In this document: one piece after another, positions 1 through 12,894 of the stretch
Layout of the letters: each line of letters opens with the position of its first letter
Numbering within the stretch: position 1 is the stretch's first letter
DNA from: Camelus dromedarius
Taxonomy: Eukaryota
Assembly (NCBI RefSeq): GCF_036321535.1
Contig: NC_087436.1
Coordinates: 5,890,001 to 5,954,000, forward strand
Direction: 5' to 3'
DNA: 64,000 nucleotides
Program-made: the position numbers and the translations under genes
Notes under the pieces: generated by a model
The model's database searches: none
What the model was told of the DNA's origin: nothing
Seen by the model: the letters and a program-made list of their open reading frames with translations, nothing else

Positions 1-128
1 CTTAAAGGTATACCACCAGGGGTAAGGATTTAGATTTAGAGGATTTTCAATTTTGGGGGGGGGGGGGATTTAAATTTTGTTTACAAATATTCTTATGAAC
101 TGAATATTAAAAATATATTATTCTGGAC

Positions 129-341
129 CAGCATTCTCAATTAAGGTGTCTCAATAAAATCACCTGGGACCTTTTAAAAATATTAGTGTCTGAAAAAATA
201 TATATATATAAACTAAAATATTTATGTCTGAGCACTTCTGCTCAGGGATTCTGATCATTAGAATGGTGGGTCCCGAGTGTCGCTGTTTTTTTAAAAGCTC
301 CCTGGAGGTGCTAATGCACAGCCAGGCTTGAGAACCACTGG
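129..341. mobile_element. MER5B-like hAT-Charlie MITE
   Basis: Termini 'cagcattctcaa...' and '...cagccaggcttgagaaccactg', with internal 'aatcacctggga' and 'gattctgat', resemble the MER5 consensus. Confidence 0.75.
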
Positions 342-552
342 TCTAAACTCCAACGGAAGAAAGGATCTCTCTCCAATAAACAATAGTGCATTTATATCAG
401 TTGATAATCCTAATTATTAATTTATCTCTCATTTACTGAACATAAGTTATTGAGATAGGCTCAGAGGGCACAAGATTAAAAAAATGAAACAGATTCCTGC
501 CCTTTCTGACCTAGTGGGAGAGCCAGCTTAACAAAGAGATGATTTCAATATG

Positions 553-866
553 CAGTCCCTTGGTATCTGCAGGGGGCTGGTTCCCGGACTCCCTGTGGGT
601 ACCAAAATCCCCAGATGCACAAGTCCCTTGCATAAAATGCTGTAGTATTTGCGTGTAATCTACACACATCCTCCGTTTACTTTAAACCATCTCCAGATTA
701 CTTATAATACCAAATATGACGTAAGTGCTATGAAAATAGTTGTAGTTGACAGTGTGCAGCAAGTCAAGTTTTGCTTTATGGAATTTTCTGGAAATGTTTT
801 TTTCCGAATATTTTCCATCAGTGGTTGAATGAATCTGCAGATGCGGAGACATGGTGCACTGACTGT
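553..866 (+). mobile_element. MER2/MER2B-like TcMar-Tigger MITE
   Basis: 'cagtcccttggtatctgcagggg...ggttcc...ccaaaatcc...agattacttataatacc...gactgta' follows the MER2 consensus end to end. Confidence 0.85.
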
Positions 867-1204
867 AGTGCTAGATAGGGTGAAGAAAGAGCCCTGGGGG
901 ATGGGGGGGGAGGTAGGCAGAGAGGGATAAGGATGGGGGAAAAAGGACATGTAGGGTGGAAACTAAGATGAGAAAAGACCTAGAAGAAGAAAGATCATGA
1001 CTGGGTCATCTGAGAACCGTAAAGTGAAGCAAAATCAGAAGAGTCTGGGCACAGATGCTCAGGGGGTGTCAACATTACCGAGGAAGAAACAGGGTACCGT
1101 TAACTCATCTTGAGAATGGCAAGGAATGAAATACAATGAAGAATCAGGCCGTGTTATCCAGACTACTATTTTATTAATAACAGTGATTACTTACATATTT
1201 TTAA

Positions 1205-1420
1205 TAACAGTGGTAGCTTGCCTTTAATGAGTGCAAATACTCTTCAAAACAGTTTTCATGAATTAGCTCACTTAATATTTTCCCATTTTTACAGATGAGG
1301 AAGCAGAGGCACAGAGAAATTAAGTAACCACCCCCTGCCCAAAGATCACACAGTAAGTGGCAGAGCCTGGAGTCAAGATAAGAATCTAACTCCAAAGTCT
1401 ACACTTCGTTACTGTGCTAA
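1205..1420 (-). mobile_element. MIR SINE
   Basis: CORE-SINE motif 'cccatttttacagatgaggaagcagaggcacagagaaattaagtaa...cccaaagatcacacag'. Confidence 0.85.
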
Positions 1421-4197
1421 TAATGACTCACATTTTAAAAAAAATCCATTTTGTGATTTTTTAAAAATCAAAGCACTTTCATTATAATTTAATTTATTGA
1501 CTACATAAAAATTAATATTATAGATCAAACATTATCTGCAGTTTATATATTAGAAAACAGGATTTTAAAATTTAAACTGGTTTTGATATTCCCATTTCTT
1601 TGAAATGTTTATTTCAAATTTATTTATTATTACCATTTAATCTTTTCCTCTTCACAGCAAACACGCAGAAATGGGATTTTTCTCTCCAGAATCGTGCTAA
1701 CATTACAATTTTTTTTTCTTTTTCCTGGAAAAATAGGTAGTAGACTTTGATTCCAAAATTGTGTTCTTTTCTCCCCTCATGTTTCATTCTTTATCGTGGA
1801 TCAATTTTATTTAACTTCCATTTTATAAAACATGGGGAATTAATAGGAGGGGTCTGAGTTACTAATAAAAGGGTTCTGTCATCCTAAAGTGAGCTTTGTG
1901 CAGGGCAGGACAGGAGCCATATCCTTGCACCGCCGTCCCTCCCGCTCATGGGGAGATTGCTCAGGACGTTGGGGCCGCTCTGATTCTCTCTCTTCCCCCA
2001 GAAAAGCTTCCAGCGGAGATGAGGTAATGGCACTGGCTGGGAAAAGAGACTGACACTGCTCTTTCTTCTATGCCTGGGAGGCTGCCCTGCCCAGGAAGAA
2101 TCCCTTTAAGTGCTTTTATCAAACTGATAAACCAAAATTCTGCCTAAGAGATAAGATTGCTTCAACAGCCTGAAAAGGCAGTCTTCCCTGGAGCTCATTT
2201 CAAGGGTCTCATATGGTAAGTTTCTCAAGACAGAGATCCTCATTTGATTATTTCTGATCCCCAGTAATTAGCATGTAATTCTTTATTTAACAGATCTCTG
2301 TACAAAGACTTTAATGTGCAGTTGGCAGTGAGACTACAACGATCTGCAGGGACAGTGCCTGGTGGAGTCTCTGAGATGAGTCAATTGGTGCAGGCAGAGA
2401 AGAGTACTGGGGGCAGAAAGAGAAGGGTGTGCAAATGTCCTGGGGGTGGGGAACACGGGGTAGGGCGGAGACTTGATTAGGCTCCAGCAGAGGTGCCTAA
2501 AATAAATAGAAACACTGTCAGATATAGCTATCCTAACCCCAAAGGCTCGCTTTTTCTTTGCTCCGGTACAGGAGGCTCTAATGCTCACCTTTTCCCCATG
2601 TGCACATGCCTTATGGAAAGCTCTATGCACATGTCCCCAGTTCTCAGCAGGTGTGGACCATCTTCTTGGCCTATGAAGGCTCCTGACAATTGCTCCTTAC
2701 TCTGACACATCATTAATGCAGCAAATCTTGATTTTCTTACACGCTATTTATGAGAATCATTCACTGATAAATTTTCTTCCATTGACTACAGTTTACATCA
2801 GCAAGAAAATACACAAAATGAAGATGAGCTTTGTGGATGAAAATAAAATCAATGAAGAATAATCCCAGTATCTCTTGCATCTGTTGTGTTTTCTTTTCTC
2901 CCTCCAAAATATTAATTTGTAATTAATTCTATTAAAAGAATAACTAGTGGCAGATTTCCTCATCAGCTAAATCACAGATCGACACGATTAGCTGTAACAG
3001 TTCGCTATAGCCTTCAAATCAACCTTACAAGATCACATTATTTCAAAAGAATTTGCTTTCTTTACAAATGTGATCACTATTGCCCTCAGCTGAGTCATTT
3101 TCATTTCTTATTTATTAGCTTGCAATTTTACATCATAGAATTGGACTAGACAACCCATTAAGGATGCAGAGAACACACCCACACTCAAAAACACTCATGC
3201 TGAGATCTATCCGTATGTGTGAACGTTGCCTACAGCTTGAGCGTTAAACTCTGCCTAAGAAGCACTTCTAAATATAAGTTCTGTCTTAAAAATAGTGCAT
3301 GCGTGTGGAAAATGCCGGGGCCCCACGCTTAAAAGAGGTTTTCTCAACATCTGTCACCGTTATCAGAATTAGTAACAAGCAAATAATTATTGGAGGGGAG
3401 AAGGTTGGTGTAAGCCTTAAATCAATTCAACGAATTCCCCAAGAGACCAAACACAGATCTTATTTCAAGGAAGCACTGATGGTTATAACTTACTGTCTGC
3501 ATTTCTGACCTTTTGAGTGTCCTCCCACCACAGCCTTTCCCAGGAAAGTCTGCAATCATTCTGGGAAGTTTAGATGTCGACTGAGACCACTGAGTCACTC
3601 CAGCAGATTGTCATCGATGTCTGTCAACACGTGAGAATGACAGCTGACATTTACTCCTATGCTTCTGATCCGTCCAGTTGGAGAAATTCACAAAACGACC
3701 TTGTGAGCTTTGTGCCTCTTCACCCAACAAGCGTCCCACGCCTCTAGCCAAGGACACAGAGGCAGCCTAGTGTGGAAGATGAAAGACCAGGCATGAGCCC
3801 TTGTCCTAATCATCCTATTTTTACCGTGAAGATAATCATGCCGTTCATCTGCATTCATAGCAGCAGACCTGTCACAGGATCTACATCCGTATTAGAATAA
3901 AAAGTGCTTGGCAAAAGGGTGCTTAGCATGCTGTGTATTTATAGAGCATTCAGCATGCCACTTCCACTTACTTCTCATATGTAAAAACCACCCGCCGGCC
4001 ATCTGTTGTACAAAATGCAGAGCACAGATAAACTGTTCAGTATGTCTAGTTTGCAGGGCCCCAGAAATGGTGACACCAGCTCAGAGGAGATGTAAGGGGG
4101 CACGTAGGCAGGGAGTATGAACTCAGCCTACCTAGCAACAGATCATGGCATGCACACATGGCTGTCAGTCACCCTGCTGCCCGATCTGCTCCCTGAT

Positions 4198-4711
4198 TGT
4201 CATAGGGAAGAACAAACTTGATTCCATATTAGATCTATTCCTTTGGCCCTAACCCTGGGCTCTGTTTCCTGGGCTCAGTCATGCTGGTTCTGCGCCTTTT
4301 GTAAAAGAATGTTGCCTAGAGCCTGAAATAGACAGGAGAGCCCATCCTCAAGGCTCTGACCTTTAAGGGTTTAACACTTTCCTATACATATAGAGATAAA
4401 AAGTTGCAGAACAGAACATTTGTCTTGTTGGAGACTTACAGGGACACCATGACCTGGCCCATGTGGACAGCTGTAAGAACAAAGGATTCTGACACCAAGA
4501 AGTTTGCAACAGCCAACTACACTCCCTCCACTTTTAGTATAAAAGGAGCCTGAATTCTGACTTGGGGAAGATGGTTCTCCAAAACATTAGTCCCCCATCT
4601 TCTAGGTCTGCTGGCTTTCCAAATAAAGTTGTTATTCCTTGTCCCAACATCTTGTCTCCTGATTTATTGGCCTGTCCTGCAATGAGCAGAGTGAGTTTGG
4701 ATTCAGTAACA
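4198..4711 (+). mobile_element. ERV solo LTR, family A, copy 1
   Basis: TGT...AACA termini, TATAAAA at 4538-4544 and AATAAA at 4622-4627. Colinear over about 510 bp with copies at 17027 and 30644. No internal ERV sequence adjacent. Confidence 0.9.
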
Positions 4712-6299
4712 TACTAGGATCATTGTAACTGTCAATATTATATGCCATACAGTATTCGGCAGTGAAAAAATTAAGTGAAAACAACAACAACAAAAATTGA
4801 TAATCTAGACTGCAATGTGATTTAGACAAAAGACATGGGTGTGTGACACATGAGAAAGTTTCTCCAGGAGGACTAGGGAGCGGTCGATGGAACAACTGTT
4901 TACTGGAGGATGGCCCAGGAAAGAGCCCCGAGTGGATTTCCAGAGCCTTGGAGGTGAAAAAGCACTGGGTTCCCTGAGCTCTGTTCAGGCAGAGGAGCTG
5001 GAGTAAAGCTGATCTTTGGACATAATTATTTTGTCCCTGCAGTTTTGCTTCTTGAAATGTTTGCCCAGTGTCTGACATTGGCCCCAACAAAATTCATTAC
5101 AGAAAGAAATACTGGCCAGAGAATGATGTCTTGGTAGCAGGTAAAGAATAAAGAATTGCTCAGTGTAGCTCAGTGCAAGCTCCTGGAGAGCTTGTTAGGT
5201 TGTTGAGCAGGTTCTGGTCCTTTGCAGCCGTTCAATATCAAGTCTATGAATGAATGATCATGATGAGTTCTTCCACTATACAGAATTCAGAGAACTCATT
5301 TTATTCCTAAGGAATGAAGGATGAACCACCAAGGAGTCAGGCAGAGGGCGTAATGAAGTTCCCTTTGCAGAAGCATGACCACAGTGATCCATCCTGGTCA
5401 TGAACGTGCCGGTGGATGGATACCTCATACACACTCAATAATACGTGTAGAGAAGCGTCTTTGAAATCCACCCAGGTAAGATCAGCCACCGTCCATTTTT
5501 ATTAGTGTTTCTCTGTCTTGAGTCCAAAAGTTGGAGCAAGGTATATTTCTTAATCTTCAAATTATGTTTATGGTTTGATGGAATCTCTGTACTAAAATCT
5601 CATTCTATGAGACAGGGGAAATTTTCTATTCAACATATGTACAAGTATTATGTAAAATTATGTAAACTATATGTCAAATTATCAAGTCAGTGCTGGCTAA
5701 ATAAAAAGCACTCTATAAATTCTAACAATCATTATTTTTAATGTTACTATTATTAGCTTACAAAGAGTATCTTTTTAAAAGAGTTCCTATCCGGACATTG
5801 CTTCTTATTAATTTTACTATCTTTTTCTTTATGATGTCTCAGACTTCAAAAGGTTATATATCTATATACATGTAGCTGTCTATTTATGAGATAAATATAC
5901 TGATTAACAAGTTAAACACCCATGTTTCCATCTCTAGCTTAGAAAAATATTACTAATAGAGCAGTCTTCCTGCTGTTCATATGTTTACTAATGATTTCTA
6001 TTATCTCTTCACCAGATGACTGTTCATGTCTTTTAAAAATTTTTTTAAATGAGTTGTCTGTCATTTTCTTACTGATTTGTAAGTGTTCTTTATATATCCT
6101 AGACACTAATATTTTAATGTATATTTGATGCAAATATGCTCTCCCAATTTGGAGCTTATGCTTTGGTATTTTTTAACGGTGTCCTTTGATAAACATAAAT
6201 TTTTACTTTAACTTAGCAAAATGTATTAATTATTTCCTTTATGGTTTATTATAGACACAAATGTCCCATGGAATCACTCATTACTCTGATTTCATATAA

Positions 6300-6390
6300 T
6301 CACATATTTATTCAAATCACTTATTGAGCACCTACCACGTGTCAGGTCTTTTCTCAGTCCTTGAGTACATCACTAAACAAAATTCCTCAA
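6300..6390 (-). mobile_element. L2 3' end fragment
   Basis: 'ttattcaaatcacttattgagcacctaccacgtgtcagg...aaacaaaa' is the typical antisense L2 tail. Confidence 0.65.
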
Positions 6391-7504
6391 TGTTTCTCTT
6401 TTTTCATTCATAAGGGTTTAATTTGCCTGAAATTAAATTTTGTTTATCCATTTTGTTGGTTTATGTTGGATAAGTATAATCAGTGATCAGGGCACTATTT
6501 AAAGAAAACTCTTCTCAGTGAACTGCAGTGCCATCTCTGTAGTTCATAGACATGCAGAAACGTTTCAATGCTCATGTCTCTGTTCAGTTTATCTCTTTTT
6601 TACCCTTATGTCACCAGCATATACTCTAAATTACTGTAGCATTTACTTGTGCATTCATATCTAGTAGGCAAGTCTCCACTGCATGTCATTCTCCAGGAAT
6701 ATTTTGTATAGTCTGAGCCCTTTACTTTGCCATATAAATTTTAGATCAGTCTTATCAAATCCCATACAAATAACGTTAGACTTCTAACCAGAATCACATT
6801 TTTATGTATTTATCAATTTGAAATAAAATGGCCTATTTGTGATAGTCAGCAACATGCTATGTTTCTCTCTGGTTTAGGTCTTTCAAAATGGTCTTCAGCA
6901 TAGTTCTACAGCAATCTTTACAAATATCTTCTATCATTTCTTAAACATTGTTCCTAGATGATTTCACATTCTGCTATTTACATGGTATATTTCATTGAAA
7001 GATTTTCTCTTTGCTGCTTGTCTATAAAAATACAATCAGTTTTGATATAGCTTGTCTCATTTTAAACTCTTATATTAATTCTGATACGTTATAGATTATT
7101 TAGGAGTTTTTATGTAAGTAAGCAAATCTCTGTAAGTAATGAGATTTATTTTTCTTCTTTTCCAGTACTTATTTTGTTTTTGGTCCTTTGACTTTTTGTG
7201 ATGACTAGGAACTTCAATACAAGAAGTAATATATTTGAATATAATTATATATATTATTTATATATTTACATAATAAGCATGCTTTTCTTATTCCTGACGT
7301 TAAATAGAATGTTTCTAACATTTTACCATTCTTCTCTGTTGTTTATTGTAGGCTTTCCTTGTTGGGGTAAGGATACTTTCTTTCATTTTACTTTACTTTT
7401 TTTTTGTCATTAATAGGTGTTGAATTTTATTGCAAGATTTTACAGAACAATGGATGATTTATTTAAATTTTTACCTTTAAGTTCTTAATGTGATAAAATA
7501 CTAA

Positions 7505-7860
7505 ATCTGTCAGGATGAGCTGCGGTAACTAACAGCCCCCAAAGCTCAGTAGCTTAAAACCACAGAGGCTCATTTCTTTTTCATGCTAAGTGCCCATCAC
7601 AGATTGCCTGCAGCCTGAGTCCAAGTTGTCTTCAATCCAAGATCTATGCTGATGGAACAGCTTCTCTTTTTTTAAAGAAGGAAAGAAGGGTAATCATGAG
7701 GAAGCTTATGCTGCCGCTTGAAGTTTCTGCCTGGCACTGAACTTAGATTTCATCACTGAAAGCAAACTGCCTGTCTCAGGCTGACACACTGGGGCAGGGA
7801 AGTATAACTGTCACCCAAGTAAAGGCAATGGATGGACAGGAAAAAGAATACTGTCTAGCA
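7505..7860 (-). mobile_element. MLT1J/K-like MaLR LTR nested in old L1
   Basis: 'gtcaggatgagctgcggtaactaacagcccccaaagctcagtagcttaaaaccacaga' and 'gggcagggaagtataa'. Confidence 0.7.
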
Positions 7861-9779
7861 CAATACATTAAGATGTTCTCTATCGTTAACCCAGCCTCAC
7901 AGCCTTCTAATAATTTCATTACATTCGTGGTGCATTTTAATACATTTCTAGATACAGGATGCTAGTATTTTCTTCGTGATTTTTCACCTGTGTTCCTAAG
8001 TAAAATTGTCCTATATTTTTAACTTTTCATCTTGATTTTTTCCTGTTGAGGACCGGGATAAAACTAGCCTACTGAAAAAAACATTGACTGAAAGCTTACA
8101 GTTTCCAGGAAGGTTTCTAAAAACTTGGAAAGATGGCTTCCTTGAGACGATGACTGATACCCGTTTTACCTTTTCTAAAAATTTTAAATTGTTGTTCCCC
8201 TTTTGCCTGATTAAGGGATATCTATGTTTTCTAGATATTTTGGGGGGACTCATTTAAAAATGATATTTGTCTAGTTATACATTTACATTTAAAAATTATT
8301 GTGACAAAGTATTTTATAGCATTCCATTATTGTTTTTGTATTTTTCCATTGTTTAGTTCTATCCCAATTTTAACTTATACTGTTGTTCACATATGAATTC
8401 TTGATGTTTGATGATTCTTGTCAGAATTTTAAAAATTTACTAAACAAAAAACTAATTTTTTGTCCCAGCTTATAATTTCCACTTGTTTTTTGCTTTCTAT
8501 TTTATTAATTTTTCTGCCTTTATAGTCATTACCTCCATTCTACTTTTCTTGGCTTCGTATTAAGTGTTTGCCTCAACGTAATCTCAGTGTTTGTTCTCTG
8601 CTGATGTTTAAGGTTACATATTTCCTTCAATCATTCATCTATCCAAATCATAAAATACTTGATATGTTGTGTATTCATCATTATTGTTAGTTATGAATCA
8701 TTTTTAATTTTCCTATCACTTCTTATTAGACTCGTATATTATTGCAATTTTTATAGTGTTACACACGTTGGAATTTTGGCTTTGTGGTTGTCATTGTTAC
8801 TTCCACGGAACTTAATATCATTAATTTCATTGTGATCCAAGTCCATGGTTCTGTTATACTAATTCCTTAGAATTTGTCCTGTATCTGAGTTCATGTAACT
8901 TTGAAAAGCATATTTTGTTTGTGCTGAAGAAAATTATATATTATATGTAAAATATGTATTGAGTTATGTCTAATAAATTAAGCTCATTATGTTTATCAAG
9001 TTGTATACAATTTTTAGTCCAATTTTTTGTCTGCTTGACTTATTTACTAAAACAATTGTTAGAATCTTCTGTGCAATAAAAAGTGTCAATTTTTCCTTGT
9101 AGTTTTATCACATCTTAATTCACATATTTAAGGTTGTTTTTAAAATGCACGCAAACTGGGCCCATTACTTGCACTGTATTTAAGTACACACTAAAACCAA
9201 CAATTAAAGTAAACTAAAAAATACAATAAAATAGAAACAATGGTCAAATTTAAGAATTGTACTTTTTTTTTCCCTCTGAGCTTAAAGCAAGTTGCTCATT
9301 TCACTGTGGACATCTGTCTTGTTTAAGTGCAACGACGTAAGCCATTTTGTTTGCCCTTGATGCAAAGTCCTGAATTTCCAGGGAAGAACTAAAATTTTAA
9401 AAAGGCTCCTGTATGTTAGTGCTAACTTACGCTAGTTTAGATGATATTATTATTGTTGGTTTTATGACATATGCCTTGATATGTTTTAGACCAAGGCCAT
9501 CTTGCCAGTTGAGCTTTGTTATTTCTGCACGTGTGGGGTGCCGTGTTAATCTCTGTCCCCCTATTTTCTGTGTTTTTGTTTTTAGGAAATTTATTTCATT
9601 TTAAGTGTATAATCTTCCCTATTCCCAGAGGTTATAAAATTACTTATAATACAAGTAATACATAGCAAAAGAATATACATTAACACTGAGAGAGAAACAG
9701 AACGTGGCGTGGAAAACGTAACCTGCAATAAACCTGGAACATCAGTCTCAAAGTCTGAACACTTAGTAACGGTGCTGAT

Positions 9780-10000
9780 AATACCAACAGCAAACAGCCT
9801 TGTAGGGCTCACTGGGCCTGCTGCCCCTATTCTAAGTGCTTCATGTGCATGTGGAGATTTTTAACACTTAACAGCAGCCCAATAAGGGAGGTGCCCTTTT
9901 CCCATTTTTCAAAAGCAAAAACTAAGAGGTGAAATCAACCCACTCAAGATCTCCAACCCACTTGGAGCTGTTAGAAGTCTCTAGAACCTATATTCTCGGC
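9780..10000 (-). mobile_element. MIR SINE (degraded)
   Basis: 'ttctaagtgcttcatgtgc...cagcccaataagggagg...cccatttttc...aaactaagag...cactcaagatc'. Confidence 0.55.
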
Positions 10001-10815
10001 CACATTTCACAATTCAGCGTAGACATTTTGCCAGTCCATGTATCCAGGTGGCGCTTACTAACATAAATAAAAGCTATCAAGAACCAATTAGCATAAAGAC
10101 ACAAATGTGTGAAAATGTACATAAGGAAGTTCAAAGCGCTTTTACAAACTGCCTCTGACCTTCATAACCCTCTGTTTCAGTTTGATGTGCTGAATCGTAA
10201 GCAGTCGAACGCTCGAGAGCTTCACCAATAGAACCACGTCCCATTAAAGTTTCTGTTTTTCAATAAGTAAAGAGAAAATCTGATTAATTATAGACCTGAT
10301 TTCTCATTATTTTCCAACCGTGCTGAAAGCCCCAGGAAAGGGTTTGTCATGAATAAATACATAAGGCTGAAATCGAGAGACAAAATAAATAAGGGGATGA
10401 TAACAAGGAAGTGAGAACCTTCTACACACATTTTAAAAGCAAAGGTATATTTTTTTCCTCCCAAAAGATTTATTTGTCACATTTAAAGTACAAAACCCAA
10501 TACACAGATGCAGATATTGAACCATATATACAAATCTATACAAATATTATTTAGATCTGCTTAAACCTATCTTTACATGCACCAACCAATAATGTATCTT
10601 GAATAAAAAGCAACATATCTAAAAAAAAACTAGATTATTAGTAACACTGTCATTTGAAAGGATAGAAAAAGATATTTCATAAGAACAGGGTAATTAGCAA
10701 GTATAAATTCAGTATGTTTACATGGACTTCTTAAAATATTCTGTAGGAATAATTAATAGATATACTTGCCAATCAAAGACTTTGGACATAGCAACTCTAT
10801 TAAAAGAAACCTGAG

Positions 10816-10914
10816 GTTTTGTTTTTTTTTTTAATTGAAGTACAGTCAGCTACAATGTGTCAATTTCTGGTGTACAGCACAATGTCCCAGTCATGCAGAT
10901 ACATACATATATTT
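10816..10914 (-). mobile_element. Very short 5'-truncated L1 3' end
   Basis: Poly-T then 'aattgaagtacagtcagctacaatgtgtcaatttctggtgtacagc'. Degenerate TSD aagaaacctgaggtt / aagaaacttaagtt. Confidence 0.85.
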
Positions 10915-11623
10915 GAAGAAACTTAAGTTATGAGAAGACAGTTTATAAGGTTAATTGCATTCTAAGAGATTGTTTTGATTTTGGTTTTTAATTTAAAGAA
11001 AGGACTTGATTTTTTCTAATAGCACAGTATTTTTAAGTTTTATTTTCTGTGAAGTTGTAAATGAATCTTTACGCAAACACATTTAAAAAAAAAAAAACAA
11101 AGGTATAAAGGTGCGAACATACTTAACAAAAATGCAATGACCTAGTATAAATTTGGCCAATCACAAGCTGTGTAGCTTTCTACTTGTCGTATATGCTATG
11201 TAGAGCTCAAATTTCCTCACCTGGAACACAGCAGGACAATAAAGTGCCTTCTCTAGATTCCATTAATTTCTCACTGACTTTCTGGACTAACTGTCTGGAG
11301 ACAGGCTAACCTGATTGTGGGAAGTAAGAGCCCTTCAGGTGAGTTGGGAGGGGAGTGAGGCTCTGTAGGGGCAGCTTCAGCTGGAAGTTCCCCGTTTTCC
11401 AATCAAAGTAATTGGGATGGTGAACAGATTTCAGTCATTTGCTCGACTGCCTCTCTCCTCCCTTCTTATTTTCAGTCTCTGAGCAGCCATATGAACCCCA
11501 GGGTGGATCAGGCATAGGTATTGGGATCCATAGGTCATGCAGCTGGAAACTGAGCTAGCAGAGTAAGAAGGGTGTGGGGTTTCTCCCTGTCCCCCCACCC
11601 CACACTCTCATTAGCTCGAACCT

Positions 11624-11948
11624 CTTTTTTTAATACAGAAGAAATTTGTTTTTTTAAATCTATTTTTATATACAGTGGTTAACATTGGCAAATCTCAGAC
11701 TCCCAAATGTATCCCTTCCCATCCTCTTTCTCTGGTAACCATAAGATTGTTTACCATGTCTGTGAGTCTGTTTCTACTGTAGATGAGTTCATTAGTGTCC
11801 TCTTCCCCCCCCCCTTTTTTTTTAAGATTCCACATATGAGTGATATCCTGTTTTTCTTTCTCTTTCCGACTTACCTCACTTAGAATGACAGTCTCCAGGT
11901 CCATCCATGTTGCTGCAAATGGCATTATTTTATTCTTTTTTATGGCTA
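11624..11948 (-). mobile_element. L1 fragment (ORF2 end and 3'UTR)
   Basis: ORF 11695-11925 'MPFAATWMDLETVILSEVS' is the L1 ORF2 C-terminal region. Flanked by aacctc repeats. Confidence 0.9.
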
Positions 11949-12894
11949 TAACCTCATATTAAACCACCTGGTATTTCTAAATAAAGGTGTCCTTCACTTT
12001 TCCAAAGTCTGCTTTACATCACCTTGCCTTCATGAAAATCCTACATTAATACCTGTTTTGCTAATGGAAAGAAATCCAAAGAAGATTTTCAATTTAAAAA
12101 ACAAAAACAAAAAACAAGGTGAGAAGTGGAGAGACAGCGTTTGTTTTGTGGCCAGCCAAGCCGTCACAGAGGCAGTGTGCACCCCCAGCTGTGAAGGGCC
12201 CCCCCCCCCCCGCCAAGCCCCGTCCCCGAGAACCACACTCAGCATCTGAGCATCAGCAAAGCCACCTAAGCTTTACCTCCGTTGACGTCGTGTATCTGTT
12301 AGCGAGATGTGTCCGAAGGTGACCGCTACTTTGCTTGACACCGTTTTGGTTCACAAAAGGTTTCATAGAAATGTTTTACTTTTGGATAGTGGGGGACACG
12401 GGTACAAAGTTACACAAGAAGAAAACACTTACGCCTGGAGGCAAATCTGAGAAAGCCTGACTTCTGGCAACGTGACCTCTCTAGAGGATGTTGCCTGATT
12501 TTGGTCACTAACAAATACTCCTTCATAGACAGGATTTCATTCTCAGGGAACATTCTTCTCATTCATTTGTTATTTTTGAACCCAATTATTCCCTTGGAAA
12601 TCCTCTTTCTTCTGATTCTTTTTTTCCTCTTAGAAATGGAAATTTCTTTATCTTCTATAGAAATACTGAGATGTCCCTTACATTTTTTCAGGCGATCTCA
12701 AGCTAAACAGCTTTCCTTTCAATTGTCTTTAATTCCCTTCAAAACGTCTAAACACGTTCAGATACAGCAAGATCTAGATACGTGGTTTTAGACAATTGGA
12801 ACTAAAGTCAAATCTGAGTTTTTTAAGTTGTAAGTACAGACAGATGTCAAATATAGTTTATCACTCTGAAGGAAAAAGAGGAAGAAAGATAAAA

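Larger units (their letters stand above)
5935..9150 (-). mobile_element. Old, degraded L1M ORF2 region, interrupted by an L2 fragment and a MaLR LTR
   Basis: T-rich antisense L1 motifs (e.g. 'ttctttatatatcctagacactaat', 'ccatataaattttagatcagt', 'ctaggaacttcaatacaa'). ORF 5939-6133 'LVSRIYKEHLQISKK' is L1 ORF2-like. Boundaries approximate. Confidence 0.75.

Noticed and set aside
2002..2216. Exon after strong acceptor at 2001 (donors at 2023 or 2216)
   Set aside because: The long form has stops in all frames and the 22-nt form is not assignable to any gene.
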